Under the pieces are notes generated by a model. The model did no database searches. It saw only the letters and a list, made by a program, of their open reading frames with translations, and had not been told where the DNA came from. Of a stretch of 64,000 bases of DNA, positions 24,755-34,700 are shown piece by piece. The translations under genes and the position numbers were made by a program. The stretch comes from Candidatus Aenigmatarchaeota archaeon (GTDB lineage Archaea > Aenigmatarchaeota > Aenigmatarchaeia > JACPZZ01), in NCBI GenBank assembly GCA_016195275.1, contig JACPZZ010000019.1, forward strand, positions 6,382-70,381, in the 5' to 3' direction. Every line of letters begins with the position of its first letter. Position 1 is the first letter of the stretch.

Positions 24755-26164
24755 CTAACCCACCGATCCGGCCATTTCCAGTTGGATGAGTCTGTTAAAT
24801 TCCAGGGCATATTCTAAAGGAATTTCTTTGGCGAAAGGTTCAAAAAAGCCCATTACTACCATGTTTAACGCTTGTTGTTCGCTTAATCCTCGCGACATGA
24901 GATAGAAAAGCATGTCTTCCCCTATCTTTCCCACCGTTGCCTCGTGGGTTATGGTTGCCGTGTCATCGTGTATTTCGTTATATGGGTATGTGTCTGTTCT
25001 TGATTCGTTGTTAATCAACAAGGCATCGCATCGCACGGTTGACTTGACATTCGAAGCTCCTTTTCCAACATACAACAATCCGCGGTATGTTGTGCGACCG
25101 CTGCCTTTGCTTACAGATTTTGCGGTGATACGCGAACTGGTATTCGGTGCCAGGTGAATTGCTTTTCCGCCCGTGTCCTGGTGTTGTCCATTACCTGCGA
25201 ATGCTACCGATAAGATATCTGCTTTTGAATTACGACCGCGCAGATAAACGGACGGGAATTTCGTCGTTATTTTTGATCCTAAATTAGCGTCAACCCATTC
25301 TACCGTTGCGTTTTCGTAGGCGTGCGCGCGCTTTGTAACTAAATTGTAAACATTGTTGCTCCAATTTTGTAGTGTCGTATAGCGTACATGGGAGTCGGGT
25401 AATGCGACAATTTCTACAACAGCCGCATGGAGGGAATCTTTTGAGTATATGGGAGCTGAGCAAGACTCAATATAGTGTAGCTTGCTTCCTTTATCCGCTA
25501 TTATTAAGGTTCTTTCAAACTGACCGAATCGTTGTGCATTAATTCTAAAATATGCCTGTAAAGGCTGTTGAACGTCAACTCCAGGGGGTATGTAAATAAA
25601 ACTCCCGCCCGAGTATACTGCCGAATTCAATGCTGAAAATTTATTGTCTTCCGGCGGAACAATAGTCCCGAAATATTTTTTGAATATATCCGGATATTTT
25701 TGCAATCCTGTGTCCGGGTCTGTGAATATTACACCTTTTTCTTCAAGAGGCTTCAAAATGCTGTGGTAGACGCTGTCAGAATCATATTGAGCCCCCAAAC
25801 CTGCTAAAAAAGACCTTTCAGCCTGCGGTATACCCAATTTATCAAAAGTTTCTTTTATTTCCTTTGGCACATCTTCCCATTTAGTTTCAGATTTTTCAGA
25901 AGATTTCATATAATATATTATTTCGTCGAAGTTGATTTTGCTAAAATCCGCACCCCACGTGGGCATTTTTTTCTTAAGAAAAGTATCAAGCGCGCGCAAT
26001 CTGAACTTATTTATCCAGTCGTTCTCGTTTTTTTCATTCTTAATTTCTGAAATTTCATTTACAACTTTTTTGGACAGGCCCGGCTCTGTTGAATGGACGG
26101 GCTTTTCAGGCATTTTGAAGCCGTATTTTTTTTCATAGTCCTTGTTAATGGTTATCTGCTTCAT
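24755..26164 (-). CDS. sufB: Fe-S cluster assembly protein SufB
   Basis: 469 aa with highly conserved SufB segments (YRGLLYVGKGA, THEATVGKIGEDMLFYLMSRGLSEQQA). Confidence 0.95.
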   Translation of the reverse strand: MKQITINKDYEKKYGFKMPEKPVHSTEPGLSKKVVNEISEIKNEKNENDWINKFRLRALDTFLKKKMPTWGADFSKINFDEIIYYMKSSEKSETKWEDVPKEIKETFDKLGIPQAERSFLAGLGAQYDSDSVYHSILKPLEEKGVIFTDPDTGLQKYPDIFKKYFGTIVPPEDNKFSALNSAVYSGGSFIYIPPGVDVQQPLQAYFRINAQRFGQFERTLIIADKGSKLHYIESCSAPIYSKDSLHAAVVEIVALPDSHVRYTTLQNWSNNVYNLVTKRAHAYENATVEWVDANLGSKITTKFPSVYLRGRNSKADILSVAFAGNGQHQDTGGKAIHLAPNTSSRITAKSVSKGSGRTTYRGLLYVGKGASNVKSTVRCDALLINNESRTDTYPYNEIHDDTATITHEATVGKIGEDMLFYLMSRGLSEQQALNMVVMGFFEPFAKEIPLEYALEFNRLIQLEMAGSVG

Positions 26165-26922
26165 GCGACCACCGCGAATTCGTTGTAACCGGAGCTTTCC
26201 ACACGGTCAGCGAGGGAGGCGTCCCCTGTTTTGACAATCCTGCCGTCGACCATTATGTGAACAAGGTCAGGCTTTACATTTTTCAGTATCCTGTTGTAAT
26301 GTGTTATCATAAGAATGCCTGTGTTGCTCTCTTTTTTCAGGTTGTTTATGCTGTCGGAAATTGTTTTCATTGCGTCGACATCCGTTCCGGAGTCGGTTTC
26401 GTCCAAAATCGCAATTTTTGGCCTAAGGATAGTGGCTTGAAGAACCTCGCTCTTCTTCTTCTCGCCGCCGGAAAGGCCTTCGTTAAGGTATCTTTTGGCA
26501 AAATCTTCATCAATACCCAACGAATTCATTTTTTCCTTCATAAGTTTCCTGAATTCGGACACGGAAGCAATGTTTTTTTCGTCCATGCCAGTGTTAATGT
26601 GCTTATAAGCGGTTCTAAGGAAATTTGCCAACGAAACGCCGGATATTTCCAAAGGATGCTGGAAGGCCATGAATAAGCCGAGCTTTGCGCGCCGGTCAGG
26701 CGTGAGCGCCAATATACTCTTGCCTTCGAAAATTATGTCACCCGAGGTTATTTTGTATTTGGGGTGGCCCATTATCACGTTTGCGAGCGTACTCTTCCCA
26801 GAGCCGTTCGGTCCCATTATGGCGTGCGTTTCGCCTTCATTTACAGTGAGGTCTAGCCCTTTCAGTATCTCTTTGTAGTCAATCACGACATGAAGGTTCT
26901 TAATTTCCAGTTTGGAAGCCAT
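26161..26922 (-). CDS. sufC: Fe-S cluster assembly ATPase SufC
   Basis: 253 aa with Walker A GPNGSGKST, the ABC signature LSGGEKKK, and Walker B ILDETDSG. Confidence 0.95.
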   Translation of the reverse strand: MASKLEIKNLHVVIDYKEILKGLDLTVNEGETHAIMGPNGSGKSTLANVIMGHPKYKITSGDIIFEGKSILALTPDRRAKLGLFMAFQHPLEISGVSLANFLRTAYKHINTGMDEKNIASVSEFRKLMKEKMNSLGIDEDFAKRYLNEGLSGGEKKKSEVLQATILRPKIAILDETDSGTDVDAMKTISDSINNLKKESNTGILMITHYNRILKNVKPDLVHIMVDGRIVKTGDASLADRVESSGYNEFAVVA

Positions 26923-27009
26923 TTTTGCGCCAACGACTTTTCAATAGTATATATTCTATAGTCAATAGAGGCACAATCTATATAAACCTTAAAAGGCGCA
27001 GTTGATTTA

Positions 27010-27348
27010 GTGAGTTGTGTGGAAAGAAAATCATTGCCCTGCGGGACGCATATGGGCGCATGCCCACTAAGTTCTCACATAGAACTGGTAAGCAAGAAAT
27101 GGTCTTTGCAGCTGTTAAAAATACTTGCGGCAGACTACAGCAAGCGGTTTAATGAAATGATAAAATCAATAGAAGGGATAACACCGAGAATACTCTCGCA
27201 AAGGCTTGCCGAAATGGAAAGAATGGGAATAATATCGAAGAAAAAATTAAACGAGGCCCCGCCGCGCGTTGAATATTCCCTTACCAAAAAGGGCAGGGAA
27301 CTGACGCAATGCTACAGGCCCGGCGTTACCCATATCATCAAAAGCTGA
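27010..27348 (+). CDS. HxlR-family winged-helix transcriptional regulator
   Basis: CPLSSHIELVSKKWSLQLLKIL...ITPRILSQRLAEMERMGII...VEYSLTKKG is the typical HxlR pattern. Divergent from the suf operon. Confidence 0.8.
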   Translation: MSCVERKSLPCGTHMGACPLSSHIELVSKKWSLQLLKILAADYSKRFNEMIKSIEGITPRILSQRLAEMERMGIISKKKLNEAPPRVEYSLTKKGRELTQCYRPGVTHIIKS

Positions 27349-27354
27349 TTTTGC

Positions 27355-28329
27355 ATGAGACTGGGTTTTGTGGCCGGACTGGTTGATACAGAAACAAGCT
27401 GGATTGCAAACACCGCAAAAAAATTTGCAGAGCTTACGGACCGTATTATAATTGAATTCCACCAGGAGCATAACTGGCTAAAAAAATTAAATTTCCAGTC
27501 CAGGAAAAAAAGGCTGGCCGAAGAAAGGCTTAAGGAATTCTGTGACGCCGCTTTCGGGCTTCATTTGCCGTGGGAGCCGAAAAAGAATTACCGTGCCGTG
27601 GAAAAAAATTTCAGCGATGAGGACATCATTTCATGGCTGCGCTTTTGCGCTGACAATGAAATAGAATTTTTCAACATGCACATCGAATGGGGCGACGGTG
27701 TTTCGGGGAAAGAGTGGAAAGACGACCCTTCGACAAGGGATGCATACGTTGAAAATGCGGCCGAAAACCTGAAGAATGTTTTTTCATTTGCAGAGTCCAA
27801 TGGCATCAAACTGTCTTTGGAAACGCTGCCTTCATGCCTGTTCGTCGAGGATAGAGGCGAGCATCTTGTGAGCTTTCCCGCATTTCCTGAAGACTATCTG
27901 GAACTGCGAAAGATTTCCGGCTTTAATTTCGGGATAAACCCTGACGTCTGCCACGCTGCCGTAACCTGGTGGAACATGCAGAATGGTGTCGGATACGGAA
28001 TTTATGGAAGCGATCTGCCATGGAAAGGATTAAGCCTTGAAAAATTCCTTGGGAAAAGCATACTTGAATCAAGGCCTGTCAAGCAGATACATATGGCCGA
28101 TTTTAAGGGCAACAAAAGCCCGTCGGAACACGCAGTAACTTTGGGCGGCGGGCTGTTAACCAGCGAAGCGATAAGCGCTGTGTTAAAAAATATCGAAAAG
28201 AAAACGGCCTTAATCCCGGAAATACAGGAGGATTGGAGGACAAGAAAAGCCATCAAAAACTGCGGTTATTTGCCTGAGACTGTTCGATCGCTGGACAAAT
28301 TAACAGGGTTTAGAAACTTATTTAAATAG
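27355..28329 (+). CDS. Xylose-isomerase-like TIM-barrel protein (sugar phosphate isomerase/epimerase family), tentative
   Basis: 324 aa. The segments GIKLSLETLP and GINPDVCHA resemble the family's metal-ligand strands. Confidence 0.5.
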   Translation: MRLGFVAGLVDTETSWIANTAKKFAELTDRIIIEFHQEHNWLKKLNFQSRKKRLAEERLKEFCDAAFGLHLPWEPKKNYRAVEKNFSDEDIISWLRFCADNEIEFFNMHIEWGDGVSGKEWKDDPSTRDAYVENAAENLKNVFSFAESNGIKLSLETLPSCLFVEDRGEHLVSFPAFPEDYLELRKISGFNFGINPDVCHAAVTWWNMQNGVGYGIYGSDLPWKGLSLEKFLGKSILESRPVKQIHMADFKGNKSPSEHAVTLGGGLLTSEAISAVLKNIEKKTALIPEIQEDWRTRKAIKNCGYLPETVRSLDKLTGFRNLFK

Positions 28330-28391
28330 TAGCCTCGAGAGTTATAGAGCGGAAAACCAAATATACCGACGGTATAAATTATTACAGTGAT

Positions 28392-29021
28392 TTGATGGTC
28401 GAGCAAAGATTTGAGGAAATAGTACGTCTGATGGACACAGACCTCGACGGTAACGAATCCTTGGAAATGTCTCTAAAGCGGATAAAGGGAATTGATTTTC
28501 GATTGAGCAGGGCTATACTGGTGGTTTCGGGCCTCGAACCAAAAAAGAAACTGAAAGAAATTTCCGAGGATCAGATAAGAAAACTAGAGGGCATTATCAA
28601 AAATCCGGTTCAGTCCGGGGTACCGTCGTGGATGATCAACCGAAGAAAGGATATTAATACGGGAGAGGATATGCATCTGGTTTCAAACGATCTTGATTTT
28701 GCAAGAAAATCCGATATCGACATGATGAAAAAGATAAGGACGTGGAAAGGCTTAAGACACACGTTAGGACAACCGGTACGCGGGCAGAGCACTCGCTCAT
28801 CGTTCCGGGTATCCGGAATGGTTATAGGCGTTTCCAGAAAGGCTGTGAAAGCCGCGGCAGCGCCTGCAGCTGCAGAAGCAGCAGGTCCAGCAGCAGGGGC
28901 AGCGCCAGCAACAGCTAAACCAGGAGTTGTTGCAGCGAAACCTTCAGCGGCAACGGCCAAGCCGGCAGCGGCACCAGGTAAACCGGCGGCGCCAGTTAAA
29001 CCTGAAGCGAAAAAGAAGTGA
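28392..29021 (+). CDS. rps13: 30S ribosomal protein S13 (uS13) with a ~55-aa Ala/Pro/Lys-rich C-terminal extension
   Basis: The S13 core is present (KRIKGIDFRLSRAIL...GLRHTLGQPVRGQSTRS). The tail is AAAPAAAEAAGPAAGAAPATAKPGVVAAKPSAATAKPAAAPGKPAAPVKPEAKKK. Confidence 0.9.
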   Translation: MMVEQRFEEIVRLMDTDLDGNESLEMSLKRIKGIDFRLSRAILVVSGLEPKKKLKEISEDQIRKLEGIIKNPVQSGVPSWMINRRKDINTGEDMHLVSNDLDFARKSDIDMMKKIRTWKGLRHTLGQPVRGQSTRSSFRVSGMVIGVSRKAVKAAAAPAAAEAAGPAAGAAPATAKPGVVAAKPSAATAKPAAAPGKPAAPVKPEAKKK

Positions 29022-29027
29022 TGACCA

Positions 29028-29495
29028 ATGAGAAAAATACGATCCAAAATTAAGCCTGTCATAGACCACTGGAACGAGGAAAGGATAGCGTCAGAAAGGG
29101 AATTAATGAACAAGTATGGGCTGAGGCGCAAAAAGGAGCTGCGAATAGCCGAAGCTATCCTACGAGGATTCAGAAACCAGGCAAAACAACTTTTGACCAA
29201 AGCCGATGAAAACAAAAAAAAGGTGCTTTTTGAGAAATTGCAGTCTTTAAACGTTTTGGGTGTTGACCAGAACCTTGACGATGTTTTATCGCTGGCACTG
29301 GAGGATATTTTGGAAAGGCGATTGCAGACCATAGTAAACAAGAAGGGATTTGCAAAAACAGTAAAACAATCCAGGCAGATGATAACCCACGGCAGGGTTT
29401 GCATAAATTCGCATAAAATAACGTTCCCGTCATATCTTGTCAGGAAAGCTGAAGAGGACGGTATAATGCTCAATGTAAAGGGTGCACAGAAATGA
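29028..29495 (+). CDS. rps4: 30S ribosomal protein S4 (uS4)
   Basis: 155 aa with an S4 domain ([42 protein letters not shown]). Confidence 0.9.
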   Translation: MRKIRSKIKPVIDHWNEERIASERELMNKYGLRRKKELRIAEAILRGFRNQAKQLLTKADENKKKVLFEKLQSLNVLGVDQNLDDVLSLALEDILERRLQTIVNKKGFAKTVKQSRQMITHGRVCINSHKITFPSYLVRKAEEDGIMLNVKGAQK

Positions 29496-29929
29496 TGATG
29501 CGCCGGCACCATGCGGTTGAAAGAGGGCAGAAATTCACAGGCCAATCCGGCCGCTGGGGCATAGCTTACATATTTGCTTCGCCGAACAACACGATTATCC
29601 ATGTTACCGATATCACAGGTTCCGAGACTGTTGCCAGATTTTCTGCCGGCATGATGACCGACAAGGACAGGGAAGGCGGATCACCGTTTCCCGCTATGTT
29701 GGCTGCGAGAAAGGCGGCTGAAGAGACCATGCAAAAAGGGATAGCCGGCATACACATCAAGGTTCGCGGCCAGGGAGGCAATAAATCGAAAATGCCGGGC
29801 GCCGGCGCCCAGCCTGCTATAAGGGCTTTGGCCCGCGCAGGTTTGCGGATAGGCAGGATAGAGGAAATAACGCCTATAAGCCATGACGGTGTAAAGAAGA
29901 AAGGCGGCAGGCGCGGCAGGAGAGTTTAG
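29492..29929 (+). CDS. rps11: 30S ribosomal protein S11 (uS11)
   Basis: [21 protein letters not shown]...IKVRGQGG...[29 protein letters not shown] matches S11. Confidence 0.9.
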   Translation: MMMRRHHAVERGQKFTGQSGRWGIAYIFASPNNTIIHVTDITGSETVARFSAGMMTDKDREGGSPFPAMLAARKAAEETMQKGIAGIHIKVRGQGGNKSKMPGAGAQPAIRALARAGLRIGRIEEITPISHDGVKKKGGRRGRRV

Positions 29930-29936
29930 ACAGCTA

Positions 29937-30011
29937 GAAACAGATCGGTCGAAGCCAGAAACATACCGATACACTATACGGTATGCTTCAGTTTACGTAA
30001 CGATCTGTTTC
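29937..30011 (+). promoter_or_regulatory. 75-nt nested stem-loop between rps11 and rpoD
   Basis: Outer 11-bp stem GAAACAGATCG (29937-47) / CGATCTGTTTC (30001-11), middle stem GAAG/CTTC, inner stem CATACCG/CGGTATG. It starts 8 nt after the S11 stop and ends 6 nt before the rpoD ORF. Confidence 0.4.
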
Positions 30012-30017
30012 AGGCGT

Positions 30018-30653
30018 TTGGGGAGGATTATTATGAAAATCAAAATCACGGAACAGGATGACAAGAAACTTGCGTTCACGCTTGAGGATGCGGATGTGAC
30101 ATTCGCAAATGCGATGCGCAGGATCATGATGGTCGAAGTGCCGACGCTGGCAGTCGAATTCGTGGATTTCCACGAAAACAATTCTGCCATGTACGATGAA
30201 GTTGTGGCACACAGGCTGGGGTTAATCCCATTGGTTTTCGATCCAAAAATGTATAATTTCACAGAGGAATGCGTGTGCGAAGGCAAGGGCTGTTCGCAAT
30301 GCCAGGTTTATCTTGTCGCTGACAAGAAAGGCCCGTGCGTAGTTTATTCCGGAGACCTGAAGTCAACGGATGAAAACGTCAAACCTGCCGATCCCGGGTT
30401 TCCGATTGTCGAGCTTCTGGAAGGCCAAAATTTAAAGCTGGACGCGATAGCGCAGCTTGGCAAAGGAGAAGCGCACATCAAGTGGCAGGCTGCGATCGCA
30501 GCTTACAAATATTCGAAAAATAACGACACAAAATTCGGCTTCATTGTGGAAAGCGTTTCCGGGCTTGAGCCAGCTTACATTGTGCAGAAAGCGGCCGAGA
30601 TAATCGAAACCAAGGCTGAACAATTCCGAGAACAGTTAAAGGAAGTCAAGTAA
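30018..30653 (+). CDS. rpoD: DNA-directed RNA polymerase subunit D (Rpo3)
   Basis: 211 aa. FANAMRRIMMVEVPTLAVEFVDFHENNSAMYDEVVAHRLGLIPL is the typical RpoD/Rpb3 pattern, and the CxC..C..C cluster region is present. Confidence 0.9.
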   Translation: MGRIIMKIKITEQDDKKLAFTLEDADVTFANAMRRIMMVEVPTLAVEFVDFHENNSAMYDEVVAHRLGLIPLVFDPKMYNFTEECVCEGKGCSQCQVYLVADKKGPCVVYSGDLKSTDENVKPADPGFPIVELLEGQNLKLDAIAQLGKGEAHIKWQAAIAAYKYSKNNDTKFGFIVESVSGLEPAYIVQKAAEIIETKAEQFREQLKEVK

Positions 30654-30698
30654 ACCCGAGAATTCTTTATATAGGGTCTGCGAAGATTAATAGTATAT

Positions 30699-31247
30699 AT
30701 GGCGCAGGCCGATTTGGACTCGATTCTGAAAGAGCTGCTCGATTTCGGCACAGTGAAATCCGACATCACTGACATATCAAACAATGCGAAGCTTATTTCC
30801 GCCAAAATTCTGGACATAGAGAAACAATTGAATTATATGGCCCAGCAAATGCTCGAGCAAAATAATAAAATAGACCTGATAGCTCAATATACGACCGAGC
30901 AGATAGAAGCTTTTTCCGAGCAAATTAAAACTAAAAGTGAGATAAATCCTGTTAAAACCGAGCAACCGAGCGGCGAACAACCGCAAAAACAGAGCGAAAA
31001 AACACCAGTCCTTTTATCCAATGCAACAGGCAGGTACAGGGAGATACTTTCCCTGCTCATCAACGAAGGATTTTTCACATACTCAAAGCTTGCTGACAGG
31101 TTAAATATTTCCCAATCCCGTGTGCGGGCTTACATAGCAGACCTGAAAAGATACTACTCTGTTCCCATTACATCTGTAAAGGACACCGAAGGCGTCAAGG
31201 TGGGCATAAGCCCGGAATTTGTCAACCAGATACTCGGCGTGCGCTAA
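30699..31247 (+). CDS. Coiled-coil protein with a C-terminal helix-turn-helix
   Basis: 182 aa. The N-terminal half is heptad-like. The C-terminal segment YSKLADRLNISQSRVRAYIADLKR is HTH-like. Confidence 0.5.
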   Translation: MAQADLDSILKELLDFGTVKSDITDISNNAKLISAKILDIEKQLNYMAQQMLEQNNKIDLIAQYTTEQIEAFSEQIKTKSEINPVKTEQPSGEQPQKQSEKTPVLLSNATGRYREILSLLINEGFFTYSKLADRLNISQSRVRAYIADLKRYYSVPITSVKDTEGVKVGISPEFVNQILGVR

Positions 31248-31280
31248 ACCCTTTAGAAAAAGTGTTTACGGGAAAGTTCC

Positions 31281-31384
31281 TTCTCGATAACGCTCGGTAA
31301 CTGCTCGGTAAATTTGCTCGAATATTGCTCGGTTTTTACCCGAATACAATGTGAGCTATATCGAGCGCTCGGTTGCGTGCTCGG
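31281..31384. promoter_or_regulatory. Array of about 8 GCTCGGT/GCTCGA(A/T) iterons spaced 11-13 bp
   Basis: GCTCGGT occurs at 31292, 31303, 31327, 31366 and 31378. GCTCGAA occurs at 31316, and a CTCGAT variant at 31283. One inverted copy forms the palindrome CGAGCGCTCG at 31361-31370. Confidence 0.6.
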
Positions 31385-31510
31385 TCATGTTCAACATCGA
31401 TTTGCATTGTTATGCCTTATTGAAAACATGGTAGTATAACGTCATACCGTACAATATAGCGTACTATACATACATTTATATACTATACTGTTACATTTAT
31501 ATTATTCTAC

Positions 31511-31708
31511 ATGGTTTCGGATAAGAGCGATATAGTCAGGAGAATAATCAGTGAATTGAAAAAGAAACCCATGTCCGTGGCTAGGCTATCGGCGGAATTA
31601 AATATGCGCCGCGAGTTCCTTGGAGGCTACCTTGAGGCGTTGAGGAGTATTGGAAAATTAGAAATGATACAAGTGGGAAAGGCTAAAGTTTATAAGCCAA
31701 AAAATTGA
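31511..31708 (+). CDS. Small winged-helix DNA-binding protein (65 aa)
   Basis: The segment MSVARLSAELNMRREFLGGYLEALRSIGKLEMIQVGKAKVYKP is wHTH-like. The gene ends 5 nt before the giant ORF. Confidence 0.55.
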   Translation: MVSDKSDIVRRIISELKKKPMSVARLSAELNMRREFLGGYLEALRSIGKLEMIQVGKAKVYKPKN

Positions 31709-31713
31709 GGTAA

Positions 31714-34700
31714 TTGTTAATGAATTTAAAGGCTTTTGCCGGCTTTGCGGCGTGGGGATTAGTTGCGGCATCAGTTTCCTTAATTCTTGTTTTTGCCGCA
31801 ACGATATTTTTCGGAGCTGCAGAGGGTGTTCAAATAAACGGCATTAACGCATCCACATCGCTGGCAAACGGTGGCAGTACAAATCTTGGCGACCATGTTT
31901 CCAAAAACGACACAGCGGAGTTATTCAACTTTACACTCAATGTGACAGGCAATGTATCGTACATTAATATTACAGTTCCTTCCTGGACCGTAAGCGGTGC
32001 GTATGCAAATATTTCTGTCAGCAACACAACAACCGTACAGCTTGGCGGCACGTTCGCCGGCACATGGACTACTAGAATCATTGAAAACTTTTCTACATCA
32101 GGTGATCCTAAGACAATACAATTAAACGGTACATTGCCTGGTGGTTCGTTCGGCGGATTGTCTAATATTTTATGGTTTGCATTTAATGGAACGCCAAAAA
32201 TACCGGGAGCGCCCGCAGGAAATCTTTCTGATAACCACACAATGACATGGGATGTGTATATCGCTAATGCCACGGCTTCTGCGCTGCTGAAAGCAACAAC
32301 ACTTGTAGATAACAACCCGCCGAGAATATTGGCGACAATACCTTCGGTCAACGCGTCTGGAAATACATACATCGGCGGGCTTGCTGCGGAAAAATTCCAG
32401 GTAAACGTTACCGAAAGAGAATTGAATATTTCGACAAGCACGGCCCTGCAGAACGGCTCCAGCAATGTTACTTTGTGGTATAAAAAATCTTCAGCTTCGA
32501 TTTGGAATGCAAAAACGTTATTGTGTTATAATGAAACAGGCAGTTTGGGCGTGAATTATCCGGACTCTGCGAATAGCATGTACACATGCAATACCACAAT
32601 TGATTTGTCTGCGGGTGGTTCCCTCGCTGTGGGAGAAAATAACATTATCCAATACTTCTTCAACGCTTCGGATATGGTTTTGAACGCAGGATTCAACGGC
32701 ACGCAGGATGTTCCCAGGCAGGCCCAGGTTGATCGCACACCACCAACGTCTTCGAGTGTTGCGACGAATGTAACTTATGTTAATTCCGGCAAGGCTGCGA
32801 GCTTGAATGCAAACTTTTCCGATAATTTCCAACTGATTAATGCGACTCTTGCGACGAATGAAACCAATTCAGGCGCGGCTGTGTTTTTCAATTACACAGC
32901 TAACGTTACGTATAATATTACTAATGCGACCCTCGGCGGGTTAAACCAAACAGCGCGCGGCCCGATAGCGATGACGGGAAGTTCATACACAGTCAACTTT
33001 ACATGGTCAAACTCCTCGGTCGCTTCGGGGGCGATAGTGGCTTGGCAGATAATTGCGACGGATGCTGCGGGCAATGCGCACGCGACCGCGCTGAGAACGT
33101 TTGTTGCAGACAATGACGGCCCGTTGGCAGGATTCATAACACCGGTTAATGAAGCGAACGTTTCCAACATGTTTACTGTGAACGTATCGGTCAATGATTC
33201 GTTGTCCGGTGTGACGGTTGTTTATCTTAACATTTCATACGAGGCGCCCACCGGACCCATTTCAGGCATAAGTAACATCACATTAAGCCAAGGAGTGAGC
33301 GGTTTCTTCAGCGCATCGGTAAATTCGACGTTAAACCTGCCGGGCGTTGTGGCTGACGGCAATTACACATTCAGGATAGTTGCGAATGATTCGTTGAATA
33401 ATGTTAACAACACGCAGACAATACGCGTCTGGATAGACAACAATCCGCCGGCTATTGTGAACAACACGCCCGTGTTCGGCACTGTTGTAACAGGATTATT
33501 TACGATAAACGCCACGGTTACGGACGCGGTCCGAGTTTCAAATGTCCAATACCAGATAAGCAACTCGACTTTCGCCGGCGGATATTTCAACATGCTCGCG
33601 AGCAATGCGTTGCAGATGAACAACAGCGGTTTGTACAATTCGACGAACCAGACAAACGCCATTATCTTCCAGGATGGAACTTACAACGTGACTATACGGG
33701 CGAATGACAGCGCCAACAACTTTACGTATGTGAACGTGACGATAACCATAGACAATGTGCAGAATGCTACGGTTATAGACTGGCAGGCTGTTAATAATTC
33801 GTACACCAACGGAACTGTTGTCAAGTCTGGCGCTTCAATATCGTTTAATATAACTACAATAGGAAACCAATACGGCAACTTCCCTTCAGGTTACGGTTAC
33901 AACATTTCCGTTTACATAGTTAATTCCTCTGGAACTTCAATATTTGCCGGCAACATATCCAATGTGTCGCAGTTCTGGGCAAATGGTTCTATCACGATAC
34001 CGACGAACAGCGCAACGAATGTTATTGACGACGGCAATCGTACGTTCTTGTTCAGGACATTCGATAATCGCAGCAACTTAATGGTTAATGGCTCGTCCAA
34101 TTTAACAGTCAGCATAGACAATACTGTTGCCAACTATTCCAACTCGATACCGACAAATAACAGCTTTAACGGTGGAACTGCGACACAATTATTCCAGATC
34201 AGTTTGACCGAGGTTAACCTAAACTCAAGTAAGAACGTTACACTCTACTGGGACTTCAACTCGCCGACGCTTGCGAGCATCAAATCAAAGACATTGTTAT
34301 GTACAGGCTTGGGAGCAATAAGCCCGTATAACGGAACCGGCCCGAACTGGGTTTGTAACACCACATTGGACTTATCAGGTTTGGGAGAAGGCGACAGCGT
34401 GTATTACTTCTTCAACAACTCTAATGTTACTCATCCTAACGGAGACCTTGCAGGCAATGGCGCAAACTTCGGAACGGTTACAATCCCGTTGAACACAACA
34501 GTGAACAGGGAGGCGCCTGCTGTTGGCGTGTTATCACCGTTGGGACGAGCGAACGTGACAACGTCATTCACGCTGAACATAAGCGCTAACAATTCCGCGT
34601 CAGGCGTTTTAGCAGTTTCGTACAGGATAACAAACAACACATTCCAGTCGGACAGCATCGCGCTTACAAGAGGAATCGGCAGCACGTACAACGGTTATTG

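Noticed and set aside
29931-29947. Shared 11-mer GCTAGAAACAG between the rps11-rpoD stem-loop and the RNA candidate at ~4656; also the shared 13-mer AGCCGTTGACTTG at ~39704 and ~40521
   Set aside because: In a 64-kb window, hundreds of chance 11-mer pairs and tens of 13-mer pairs are expected by my rough estimate. No supporting context was found.
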